Below, piece after piece: positions 1 to 10,005 of a DNA stretch of 64,000 nucleotides; the stretch's first letter is position 1; each line of letters starts with the position of its first letter. The translations under genes and the position numbers were made by a program. The notes beneath the pieces were generated by a model. The model saw only the letters and a list, made by a program, of their open reading frames with translations, searched no databases and was not told the DNA's origin. This stretch comes from Octopus sinensis. Lineage: Eukaryota. Location: positions 51,832,001 to 51,896,000 of the forward strand of contig NC_043013.1 in NCBI RefSeq assembly GCF_006345805.1, given 5' to 3'.

Positions 1-255
1 GCTTTCCATGCTAGCATGGGTTGGACAGTTCAACTGGGGTCTGGGAAGCCAGAAGGCTGCACCAGGGTCCAGTTTGATCTGGCAATGTTTCTACGGCTGG
101 ATGCCCTTCCTAACGCCAACCACTCCGTGAGTGTAGTGGGTGCTTTTTACGTGCCACTGGCACAGGTGCCAGACGGGGCTGGCAAACGGCCATGATCGGA
201 TGGTGCTTTTTATGTGCCACCAGCACGGGGGCCAGGCGAGGCTGGCAACGGCCAG
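1..255 (+). mobile_element. RTE-type 3'-tail / SINE repeat fragment
   Basis: Contains TTTCTACGGCTGGATGCCCTTCCTAACGCCAACC, a motif typical of RTE LINE/SINE 3' ends, followed by duplicated GGTGCTTTTTA(C/T)GTGCCAC units. Confidence 0.5.
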
Positions 256-949
256 TCGTATGAAATAAACTAAAAGACCATCTGCAGTCTTTCTCTCACA
301 TGTGGAATGAGGAAAAATGCCAGAAGGGCTAAGATTGCTTGCGGATTCCATCTGGCACTACTGACCATATTGCTTGCTTGGAAATGATTAGAAAATTCTG
401 TTTATCTCCTCACAGTAGTGTCACCTTACTTGATAATTCCGCCACTCTCTCCTTTACCTTAAATTGATATCCCAAGAAACTGGTACCGACCAACAATCTA
501 TTCCTTGAGTGGTGTTCGGCTTCTACTGGCACATGAGCTCTAGATAAATGGGACTGGAACTGCACCAAGTTTCTCCATTTCTCCCTATTCTGAACAACTG
601 AAGTTTTTCTTGAATGACAAACCGTTAGCAGTCTTGCAGAATTCACACTGAAACCAAAGCAGCAAAGCTGAAAGAACTTAATTGCCACATGACTAAACAT
701 GGTGACTCAGCAATACAAATGAATAACTTCTGAAGTCTTTTAAATGCTAAGAATTTATTGAAAGCCAAGAGTGCTACGCAACCTTACCCATATTCAGACA
801 AGTTTTACATAAGAATACAAACATGGATTCATGGGTGAACTTTTTTAAAGATAACACAAAAGTGAGTTTACTTTCGTTACTTATGCATAAAAGCTCATCT
901 AAATATGATACAGGAAATTGTTTTTGAGGAAAAAAGTTTAAAAGTTGTA

Positions 950-1089
950 TCCCTAATGTATATGTGTGTGTATATATATGTGTGTATGTACGTATATATG
1001 TGTGTGTGTGTATATACATGTACATATCCAAATGTATATTTATGCTCATGTGACCATTTTTGTATTTCATTGTGTGTAAACGTGTGTGT

Positions 1090-1144
<55 letters not shown>

Positions 1145-1450
1145 TACCAGTGAAATACAAAAATAATTACATGCACATAAGTACATATTTGAATGTGTGT
1201 GTGTATACACACAAATACAAATGTATGTCTATATATGCATGTGTGTATGAAAACAAATTAATTTTTCACAATCAAACTCGTTTATACAATGTGTATGTGT
1301 GTATATGTGGGCATGTATCAACATATAATGAAATTTGTGTTTTTGTATATGTGGGTGTGTGTATATATATATGTATATACACACATGCAATGTGTGTATG
1401 TGTTGGGTGTATAACTGCTATCTGTGATAAACAAACACACATCTGTTGTT
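950..1450. repeat. Compound (TA)n/(TG)n microsatellite field
   Basis: Directly visible. Confidence 0.95.
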
Positions 1451-1589
1451 TGTATGTTGTGACACCAACAATATAAAAATAAAAATGTTTTCAATAAATT
1501 ATCTTAACACATCGATCTTCTTGTTATATTGATTTATTATTGTTGTTGCTGTTGTACTCTTGGGCAAGATTATCAACTTTACTTGACAC

Positions 1590-1862
1590 TGGTTGTTATA
1601 CTTTCTATAGTCGTATGTGGATTTGGTAGATGGAAACTGAAAGAAGCCTGTCGTATATGTGTGTGTGTGTCTGTGTCTGTGTTGGTCCCCCAACACTGCT
1701 TGACAACTGATGGTGTGTTTATGTCCACATGACTTTGTGGTTTGGCAAATGAGACTGATAGAATAAACACCAGGCATAAAACAAACTGAGATCGATAACA
1801 GATTCTGCAAAACAGTGCTCCAGTATGGCCGCAGTGATGACTGAAACAGGTGAAAGACAAAT
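1590..1862 (+). mobile_element. SINE family B, 3' part
   Basis: Matches the recurring body GGATTTGGTAGAYGGAAACTGAAAGAAGCC-(TA/TG)n-...GTGCTCCAGYATGGCCGCAGT..GACTGAAACA. Confidence 0.8.
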
Positions 1863-2039
1863 GATAATTGGTGCATAGACGATATTGTTATTTAACCCCA
1901 GGCTATACCTGATCAAGTTGACCTATGATCTAAGGCATTCTAGCCATGGCCATCCCATCATTTTTTAAGAGTATGTTGGACTGAAGTGATGCAGATGTGC
2001 ATAGTTTGAGGGGGTTGTAGCATAAAACAATAACTGCAG

Positions 2040-2210
2040 TCACCAGCAGAGCGGACAGTGGCTAGTGTCACCTGTAAAGTTGGCGGCCATGGTGACATCT
2101 GGGGAGTGGACGGTGGCCATAGAGTCACTTGGGGTGTGGACATGATGACATCTGTGGAATGGCCATAGAGTCATTTGTGGGGTGGACAGCGGGCATAGAG
2201 TCACCATTGT
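2040..2210. repeat. Degenerate ~30-bp minisatellite
   Basis: Recurrent GTGGAC...GGCCATAGAGTCAC units. Confidence 0.6.
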
Positions 2211-2807
2211 TGTGTGTGTCACATATTCCACATGCTAATTGTAGCTAATTAATGAAATATAGAAATGATCACGGCCATACACTGTTGTCAGCTACGATTG
2301 TGCAGATTTATGACTAAAGTGATCCAACCGTGACCATCACGTCTGTGTATCAGAGACAACATTGTGCAAGGTATCCTATATTTTAGACCATGTGCGTGAG
2401 TGCATGTAAATGAGTCATTGCGAGTGAGTGCTTGTGCATGCGTGTGTGTGTGAGGGAGTGTGTGCATGCAAGTGAGTGTGTGCGTTCTATGCATGTGTGT
2501 GTGTGTTAGTACTTTCATCTTTGCAGCGCCTTATTGACTGAAAGGATAATACCTGTTTCAACTCCTGTTATTTACCTGTGAAGAAAATATTTAATTAACA
2601 CAGCCTTCTGGTTTTTTCTTTGTTTTTTTTTAATCCTCGCCGCCACCAACAACAATTACATAACCTCACCAACCAACGTTTAGAAACCTCAAAGTGGTCA
2701 TTCCGCTTGCTAGAAATAACAACCAAACTTCCCTCAAATTATATTTCACTGTTTTAGAAACAGAAAAAAGGGTCCTATCAAAAGCAAGTCTGCAAAATCA
2801 ATAAGCC

Positions 2808-3115
2808 AGCATAATTGTGGTTAAGAAACTTGCTTTGCAACCATGTGGTTTCTGGTTCAATCCTACTTCATGGCACCTTGGGGAAGTATCTTCAGCTACT
2901 GCCCCATGCCTTGTCAATGCATTTGTTTGTTGGAAACTGCGTGGAAGCCCGTCGTGCGACATCGCTTGACACCTTGGCGGTTCGAGAAAAGAAACTGATA
3001 GAATAAGTACCACACTTAAAAGTACGAAGGTCGATTTATTCGACTAAAACCGTACAAAGCGATGCTCCAGCATGGCAGCAGTCCAATGACAAATAAATAA
3101 AAGAAATAAAAAGAT
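2808..3115 (+). mobile_element. SINE family B (tRNA-derived head, CORE-like GGCACCTTGGGCAAGTGTCTT, internal microsatellite)
   Basis: A-box/B-box-like head (TGTGGTTAAG..GGTTCAATCC) plus the shared body. Related copies lie at about 3612-3775(+), 9470-10155(-), 23630-24003(+), 35510-35730(-), 39555-39940(+), 46415-46850(-), 53785-54200(+), 54383-54800(+), 56605-56975(-) and 62345-62790(-). Confidence 0.8.
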
Positions 3116-3216
3116 AGGGTGGGCATGGCGGGATTACCTTTGATCTTTGGTCTGCACAATTACAGCTATCTTAGAGTTAAACGCCACCCATTCATCCCTT
3201 GCTCAAACAAAGCCTT

Positions 3217-3585
3217 CCATCCATCCATCCATCCAGTTCTCCCTCACTATTCCTGAGAAGGTCATGTAGCCAAAGTGCTCGGGGACGTCCACCATAGGGT
3301 CCTATCAAAAGCAACTATCATTAAGCTTTCCTGCTGGATTCCCAAGTTTGACCAACTGAGACCATGGAGTATTATCCATCCATCTCACTCTTAGTCTACC
3401 CCTAGGTTTCCTACCGGGTGGCTCAGCCTCAAGAATCCCTCTTGCGATTCTTTCTACAACATTCTAATCACATGTCCATCGCAAAGGAGCTGTGACCCCT
3501 CAATTCAGGGAGGGGCGACTCGGCCTGGAGAGACTCCCAGATCTCAAAGTTCTGAACCTTATCGAGTAACGTTATTCCAGAGAAG
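3217..3585 (-). mobile_element. RTE-clade LINE 3' fragment with (GGAT)n tail
   Basis: The minus strand encodes ERIARGILEAEPPGRKPRGRLRVRWMDN, matching the RTE C-terminal RPRGRP..RW motif. Homologous to 14115-14650 and 18860-19470. Confidence 0.7.
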
Positions 3586-3920
3586 CCCGTCGTATAATAT
3601 ATATAAATATAAGAAGCTTGCTTCCCAACCACATGGTTCCGGGTTCAGTTCCACTGAATGGCATCTAGTACTAGGCTTACAAAGAATAACTCCTGGGGCC
3701 GATTTGTACGACTAAAGGCGGTGCTCCAGCATGGCCGCATTCAAATGACAGAAATGAACAAAAAGAAACCTAAAATAAAAAAATATATTTCAACTAATTA
3801 TATATATAGTTGAAATTTATAGAAAAACTAAAGACAGGCGTATGAACAACAAGCGTTTTAGTTTGACGCTCGGGAAAATCACACACACATCCATCACCCA
3901 TTATATATATATATATATAT

Positions 3921-4212
3921 CACCGTGACCGACCAGGCGATCAGATGTTGCTACACATCGTTGGTCACAATGCGCTTCGCATTGTTTTTTAGCCTACAAA
4001 TGACGCCACCCCGCTGGCTAAGCGAGCAGGCCAACAGAAGAAAGAGTGAGAGAAAGTTGTGGCGAAAGAGTACAGCAGGGATTGCCACCACCCCCTGCCA
4101 GAGCCTCGTGGAGCTTTAGGTGTTTTCGCTCAATAAACACTCACAATGCCTAGTCTAGGAATCGAAACCGTGATCCTATGACCGCGAGTCCACTGCCCTA
4201 ACCACTGGCCAT
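3921..4212 (-). mobile_element. SINE family C (tRNA head ATGGCCAGTGGTTAGGG..GGTTTCGATTCC)
   Basis: A closely similar copy lies at 13322-13625, a related copy at 10330-10640(+), and a fragment at 12060-12110. Confidence 0.8.
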
Positions 4213-4975
4213 ACCGGAGGAAACACATAAATGTGAAACAAGGTGGAAAAAAGAGTACTCAAATACCAGGGGTAGAGTAATATACTTTATTTAACAGTTC
4301 TTGTTAAAAAAATTTTTTTTTTTTTGACAAGAACTGTCCGACGAACGGGAACGTGAAACTTAGAGTAACAGGTTTTGTTGAATTTCTGCTGCTTTTAAAT
4401 AAAGTGTATATATATATATATATCAACAAACATACGTGTGTGTGTGTGTACGTGCATGTGGGTGCTTTTTGCAGTTTTGTTTCTTTACAAAAGTAAACTT
4501 TACCATTTAATGGAAGATCAATAAGATAAGTACTAGACTAGTTAGTGGAGTTGATATAAAGTGCTCCAGCCTGGTCGTAACCCAAACACTAAAACCATTA
4601 AAAAAAAGAAACTTATTACCTCAGTAATTATTTGTATAGTTAGGCAGGTGTTTGTTTTCACAGCACCTTGAAGTAATGAAGGTGCGAACGGGGAGGACAC
4701 GAGTGGTGGTGGTGGTGGGTGATGGTGCGGACGGGTGACAGTAGGGGTAGGAGGTGGTGGTGGTGGTGGCAGTTCTGATGTTATGGTGTAGGACGTAGTG
4801 GTGTGAGTTGTGAAAGTTCCTTTAAGGTCAATCAAGGAACACAAACATATTTTTTTTAAAATACAAGAAAGGAAAAAAGAGAAAGAAAAAGGTAAAAAGA
4901 TTACGAAAAGATTTTCATTTGAGGAAGTTGGCCACGAGGCAGAACGGAGTTCTTGGTTTAAAATCAACTTCAACG

Positions 4976-5039
4976 ATGTCTGTGGAACTAAAGTGGATTC
5001 TTGTGTCTATATTCTTCATTGTTACACCTGTAATCTCAG
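4976..5039 (+). CDS. Coding exon 1 (signal peptide) of a secreted chitin-binding protein
   Basis: ATG at 4976 reads MSVELKWILVSIFFIVTPVIS (basic residue, then a hydrophobic core ending in small residues). It ends in phase 1 at a strong donor CAG|GTAAGA (5039/5040), which matches the phase-1 acceptor at 6447. This frame is not in the ORF track. Confidence 0.85.
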
Positions 5040-5463
5040 GTAAGAATATCTTTAATTAGTTTTTACCAGGGCCGTCTTAACCGCATTATAGACTTGATTC
5101 TGTGTCAGTTATGGGTGGGGTTGCTTTCCATTTCTTTTGCGTCACTTAATGCCACACTACATTTTTCGTAGCTAATATTGTTTTAACGAGGGTTTTCACC
5201 AAAATCGTTGTCAGTCCATCACTATCGTTTCTCTCCCCTAATTCTACGTTTTCTAATAAACTACAAGGGTTCGATAAATAAACTGATACACCCCTGTGAT
5301 TGGTCCTTATTTTAGCAACACCCGTGGGTGAAGCAAATCTCAGAGATATTAATACAGCTCACAATAGAGTGACGTATTCGTTCTGTTGCTGAAAGGAGCC
5401 AGTCACCTCCAACACCGATTAATACGGTTATATTTTAGTTATATACACTAAAAAATAAATATA

Positions 5464-5695
5464 TATTTTTTTACTACCCACAAGGGGCCAAACACAGAGA
5501 GAACAAACAAGGACAGACAAACGGATTAAGTCGATTATATCGACCTCAGTGCGTAACTGGTACTTAATTTATCGACCCCGAAAGGATGAAAGGCAAAGTC
5601 GACCTCGGCGGAATTTGAACCCAGAACGTAACGGCAGACGAAATACGGCTACGCATTTCGCCCGACGTACTAACGACTCTGCCAGCTCGCCGCCT
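5464..5695 (-). mobile_element. Full-length SINE family A with 25-bp target-site duplication
   Basis: tRNA-like head (TGGCAGAGTCG A-box, GGTTCAAATTCC B-box) and central GCCTTTCATCCTTTCGGGGTCGATAAATTAAGTACCAG domain. TSD TTATATACACTAAAAAATAAATATA at 5439-5463 and 5696-5720. Confidence 0.9.
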
Positions 5696-5721
5696 TTATA
5701 TACACTAAAAAATAAATATAA

Positions 5722-6290
5722 CATCTGAGTAAAGAGACGTTACTTGTATGATTCGGAAGCGCCAGCTCAGAGAGTGTGGCCATGTGACTCGATTTTCTGA
5801 TATAGACAATGCTTACCGTGTTCGCTTTTCACTGAGGATCCCGTTGGGCTGAGAGCTCAATGTTGGTCGACCACGTGCCACATGGTCATGGCAGATGGGA
5901 AAGTATCTTGAGGGGATGGAAGCTGACCGGGGACTCTGATCGCCCAGGAGGACTCGGGAATATACCTATTTCTTTATTACCCACAAGGGGCTAAACACAG
6001 AGGGGACAAACAAGGACAGACATAGGTATTAAGTCGATTACATCGACCCCAGTGCGTAACTGGTGCTTAATTTATCGACCCCGAAAGGATGAAAAGCAAA
6101 GTCGACCTCGGCAGAATTTGAACTCACAACGTAACGGCAGACGAAATACCGCAAAGCATTTCGCCCGGCGCGCTAACGCTTCTGCCAGCTCACAGGAATA
6201 TACCGACGAATGGTGACTGCAGTAACACACTGCAACGACGCATGCTCCCACTACTGCCCTGATTATAACATCAGCTGTTGAAGGTTATAT
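5722..6290 (+). mobile_element. RTE/RTE-X LINE 3' fragment interrupted by a SINE A (5967-6194, minus strand)
   Basis: Degenerate IRKRQLRECGHVTRF..EDPVG (consensus IRERQLRLYGHVARF..DPVGW). The SINE is flanked by TSD GGAATATACC at 5957-5966 and 6195-6204. Confidence 0.65.
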
Positions 6291-6447
6291 GTACGACTAC
6301 TGACATTGTGCACCAGTGTATTACTGGTATGCTATCACCATCATTACTATCACAATCATGTTTATCACATTGCTCACAAAGTTTATTTTAAGCCCTACCC
6401 AGACGTCTATCAGCTTTTATTCCCCTCGTTTCTACTCTTCCTTATAG

Positions 6448-6738
6448 AGAGATGTTACAGACATGGTGCCTACAAGAGAGACCCAAGAGACTGTCGTAAG
6501 TTCTACAGATGTAACTGGGGTTATGTCCAGCACTTGACCTGTCCGGAAGGAACGGCTTTCAATCCCCGTTACATGGTGTGCGATTATATATGGCGGGTGT
6601 CCGAATGTCAGACCAAGTGTCCGCCTTCGTCTCGGGACCCTAATGAACCTTGTCCCCGAACCCCACCAATACTTCGTAAGGATCCTTCATGCCGAAAGCC
6701 CCCACACAACACACGTATATCTGCCAGAAGTTTCTCAG
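6448..6738 (+). CDS. Coding exon 2: chitin-binding type-2 (CBM14/peritrophin-A) domain plus Pro/Arg/Cys-rich tail
   Basis: Polypyrimidine acceptor tctactcttccttatAG| and donor CAG|GTAAGA make a 291-nt phase 1-1 exon. The peptide RCYRHGAYKRDPRDCRKFYRCNWGYVQHLTCPEGTAFNPRYMVCDYIWRVSEC has C-x12-C-x5-C-x9-C-x12-C-x8-C spacing with the FYxC and CPxGxxFN motifs. Confidence 0.9.
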
Positions 6739-6817
6739 GTAAGATCAAAACAATATTTTCCCCCACCTAATTATCTGTGTGCGCATCGTTTTAACGTCCG
6801 ATTTCCCATGCTTGCAG

Positions 6818-6900
6818 TAGTTAGGAGGAATTCGTTGAGGCAGAATTTCTACATGCTGATGTCCTTCTTGCCAAGCCTCATCTATTCCCAAGGAAGTTAA
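6818..6900 (+). CDS. Possible terminal exon 3 of the chitin-binding gene (VVRRNSLRQNFYMLMSFLPSLIYSQGS*)
   Basis: A 79-nt GT..AG intron (6739-6817) has acceptor atttcccatgcttgCAG and keeps phase 1, giving a 438-nt CDS (145 aa). However, 6840-6900 resembles the RTE-tail repeat at 85-120, so the true next exon may lie elsewhere. Confidence 0.4.
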
Positions 6901-7366
6901 TGTTTTCTGAGGCTGGATATTTTTTTTTTTTACGGAAGACCCTAGTATTTATATTTCTTAAGCTTGGTACTTATAAGCTTGGTACTTCTTGTAGGACTGC
7001 TAAGGAGTCGTAGACAAACTAGGGGTCGTAAACAAACTAACACCTGTTTTTAAGCGGGGTTGGGTATAAATACAAGTTACACACAACGATAGGCTTCTAC
7101 AAAGTTTGTCTGAAATATTCACTCACAAAGTAAAGGTGGCTAAGCATAATTATTATTATTATTATTTTATTTCTTTATTGCCCACAGAGGGCTAAACATA
7201 GAGGGGGAAATCTTAAGTGATTGGAAGTGTTATCATGAACATTGTTTTGTCTTGGTATAAAAGATGGGTTACAGCAAATATTCTGCTCAATACAACAGAT
7301 TTACTTTGTCAGTTGCTTGACCTTAACCAGTTGAGCATGTCCCTTTGTGGTTGACAATATGTGCAG

Positions 7367-7598
7367 GACGGCGAGCTGGTAGAATTGTTAGCATGCCGGG
7401 CGAAATGCATAGCGGTATTTCGTCTGTCTTTACGTTCTGAGTTCAAATTCCGCCGAGGTCGACTTTGCCTTTCATCCTTTCGGGGTTGATTAAATAAATA
7501 CCAGTTACGCACTGGAGTTGATGTTATTGACTTAATCCCTTTGTCTGTCCTTGTTTGTCCCCTCTATGTTTAGCCCCGTGTGGGCAATAAAGAAATAA
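7367..7598 (+). mobile_element. SINE family A
   Basis: Same head and central domain. Further copies or fragments lie at about 11130-11340(-), 12290-12805(-), 14260-14455(-), 15020-15165(-), 15560-15895(+), 16090-16400(-), 19152-19325(-), 24030-24195(-), 32817-33012(+), 38613-39205(+), 41155-41330(+), 43980-44170(-), 48850-49010(-) and 55900-56000(-). Confidence 0.9.
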
Positions 7599-8477
7599 AT
7601 ATCTGCATCTCTGATCACAAGCAGAAGTAGTGGGGGAGCATCATAGCCATTTATTGAGAGGAATTCTTTGGAGTTTGAATAATTAATCTCTGGAAACATG
7701 GGTGTTTCATTCAACGTCCTTAAACAAACCTTATCCAGGGACCTTTTGAGCAGGCTGGGCTACTCAACCTTAAGAAAATTCTAACTGGGCCCCATCTGCA
7801 AGGTCATGCACTGTTTATCTTGATAGATCACCATGTCGCGCACATATGGTTGTGATGCATGTGCTTGGTGTGCCCTTATCCGATGGGTAATCATGGGCTT
7901 GGTATATTTTTACCCTAGTGTCACTTTGGTGGCATACATTGCTCTCACTTAATAATAATGTTTGACATTCCTGTTATTTTCTTCTAGAATCCCTACCGGA
8001 CCGACGATGCCGTTCCTCAAACGCTGTTCTTCCAAATCCAAGCAGCAATTCTTCGTATTTTCTGTGCCTTGAGAACAAAATTCTTTTGAAGTCTTGTCCT
8101 CCAGGATTGACCTTCGACCACTTCAAGAACCGATGTGACTGGTCATTTCTCTCACTGTGATTTAATACTGTCACACTTGCACACTGGAAGGTCGTGGGTT
8201 AGGGTTCAATTCCTATTCAATGCTGGCTGTTTACTCTTCCTCTGTTCTATATTCTGTACCCTTATAAATTCTCTCACTCCTCCACCTAACTAACAATCTC
8301 CTCACCCCACTCCTCTCTCTATTTTCCACATCCCCCTCTATCACACCCGTTCTCCGACGACTATTTTCCTTACTACTAACAAATAAAATATATAAAATTA
8401 CGTATCTTGTTGTATCTTGGGGGGTGGGTCATTATGCCAATGATAAACACACACTGGTTCTATTTCACTTCTTTTTT

Positions 8478-8995
8478 ATTATTTTAATTTGGCTCAGGTT
8501 CGGTCTTATTCTTGCTAGAAACTATGTGGATAGCGGGTTACTGCTTGTAACCTTGGGTATCCACAAGTTTTCAGCAGTCTTTCAAGTGCTTAGAATCCTC
8601 CTGATAATCCTTGCTGCCCCTAAGAGGCAAACATTTTGTAGGAGCTCTACAGGGCATTCCATTCCAATCTCCTGTCATTTGCTTACTGTTTCCAAAGAAC
8701 CAATTATTACAGGCCTGACCTTGACGGCTCTGATACGCCAAATACTTCCGATTTCAAATTTTAAGGAATTGTATTTTCTTTGTTTTTCGTCCTCTTTCTT
8801 TTCGATCCTGGAATCAAACGGACATGATAGATCGATTTGTAGGCAAATTCGCTTTTCCTTATCAACAATTGTTATGTCCAGTCTATTATTTTCTAACTTC
8901 TCCGTTTGAATAGCAAAATCCCACAAAATCTTACATTTTTCCGACTCTATTATTCTTTTGATCCCATGATTGTACCATCTGTTTCCAGCATTTTA
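8478..8995 (-). mobile_element. Dong/R4-type non-LTR retrotransposon 3' fragment (restriction-like endonuclease)
   Basis: WYNHGIKRIIESEKCKILWDFAIQT..NRLDITIVDK..IDLSCPFD..EKQRKY..LKFEI..VIIGSL..LGAARIIRRIL. This is a PD-(D/E)xK RLE domain followed by a short 3' UTR. Confidence 0.85.
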
Positions 8996-9656
8996 TTGAT
9001 TAGGTTACAACTACTAATAATAATAATAAGAAAAGAAATGTAACCAATGCGTGCGTTCATTATTGACATAATGACCCTCTCAAAATACAACAAAATCTGT
9101 TTTAACAAGCGTTCACATCAGGAATCTTGCAAACAAAATAAAAAAAAACGAAATAAAATTACAAACTTCTCTTAAATTTTGCCTATTATTTTTTTATGTA
9201 CAGCAACAACTTTTATGAAATAGAGCTTGACAATTATCTACAACATAGATTCCTTTCACAAAAAATAAAATACTACGCCTTTACTTGACGATACTCCGTA
9301 TTCATTCGTATATAAGCCGCAGCCTTAATCTAGTATTAAAAGTTGATATAAAATTTTTTTTTCCCTTCATAGTTTCAGCTTTATCTCGTGTAAAGGTCGC
9401 AATCCTAAAACTTTTCAATTAAATTTCGGGTATAGAATAGCGCAACATAATATACACAATAGCTTTTATCTTTTATTTGTTCCAGTCATTAGACTGCGTC
9501 CATGCTAGAGCACTGCCTTCAAGGATTTTTAATCGAATGAATCGACCCCAGTACATTTTTAAAGCCTGTAATTATTCTATCGGTCTCTTATGACGAAGCG
9601 CTAAGTTACAAGAACATAAACATACCAACAGACAAACACATACAGACAGATATACG

Positions 9657-9959
9657 TCTATATTTATAAACACGAAATTCTGTCTGTCTGTCTGTCCAGG
9701 ATCCCTGAATCTCAGTCTGCATTTGATCTACTTAGACATATTATACCTTTTTGGAATCAGGATGATCCCAAGATTAAAAATCCTCCCTTCATTTGGTTTT
9801 TGAACATACAGCGTTAGGATCTGATTTAAAAGCATTTGGGCTGCCATTTCTAGCAGGTAAAGCTTGGCTAATTCTTGCTATCTTGGTTGGTGTTTGTCAG
9901 ATGACGCCAGAGATCAAGGAGGAAGATAAAATCCGCGCGGGGTGCGGCTTTTAAGCTAG
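9657..9959 (+). mobile_element. Non-autonomous Helitron-like element nested in a SINE B microsatellite
   Basis: Starts TCTATATTTATAAA, contains (GTCT)n, and ends with a CCGCG..TGCGG hairpin followed by CTAG|T. The two halves of a minus-strand SINE B flank it. Confidence 0.65.
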
Positions 9960-9973
9960 TGTGTGTATGTCTG

Positions 9974-10005
<32 letters not shown>

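Noticed and set aside
4810-5043. 77-aa ORF MKVPLRS..
   Set aside because: Wrong frame. It would end in phase 2 at the 5039 donor, whereas the overlapping frame from ATG 4976 gives a signal peptide and the required phase 1.
6306-6447. N-terminal extension of the 154-aa ORF
   Set aside because: Intronic read-through upstream of a clear acceptor. It starts at TTG and lies partly in an RTE remnant.
7367-7460. tRNA genes at SINE heads
   Set aside because: A and B boxes are present, but there is no complete cloverleaf and each continues into a SINE body.
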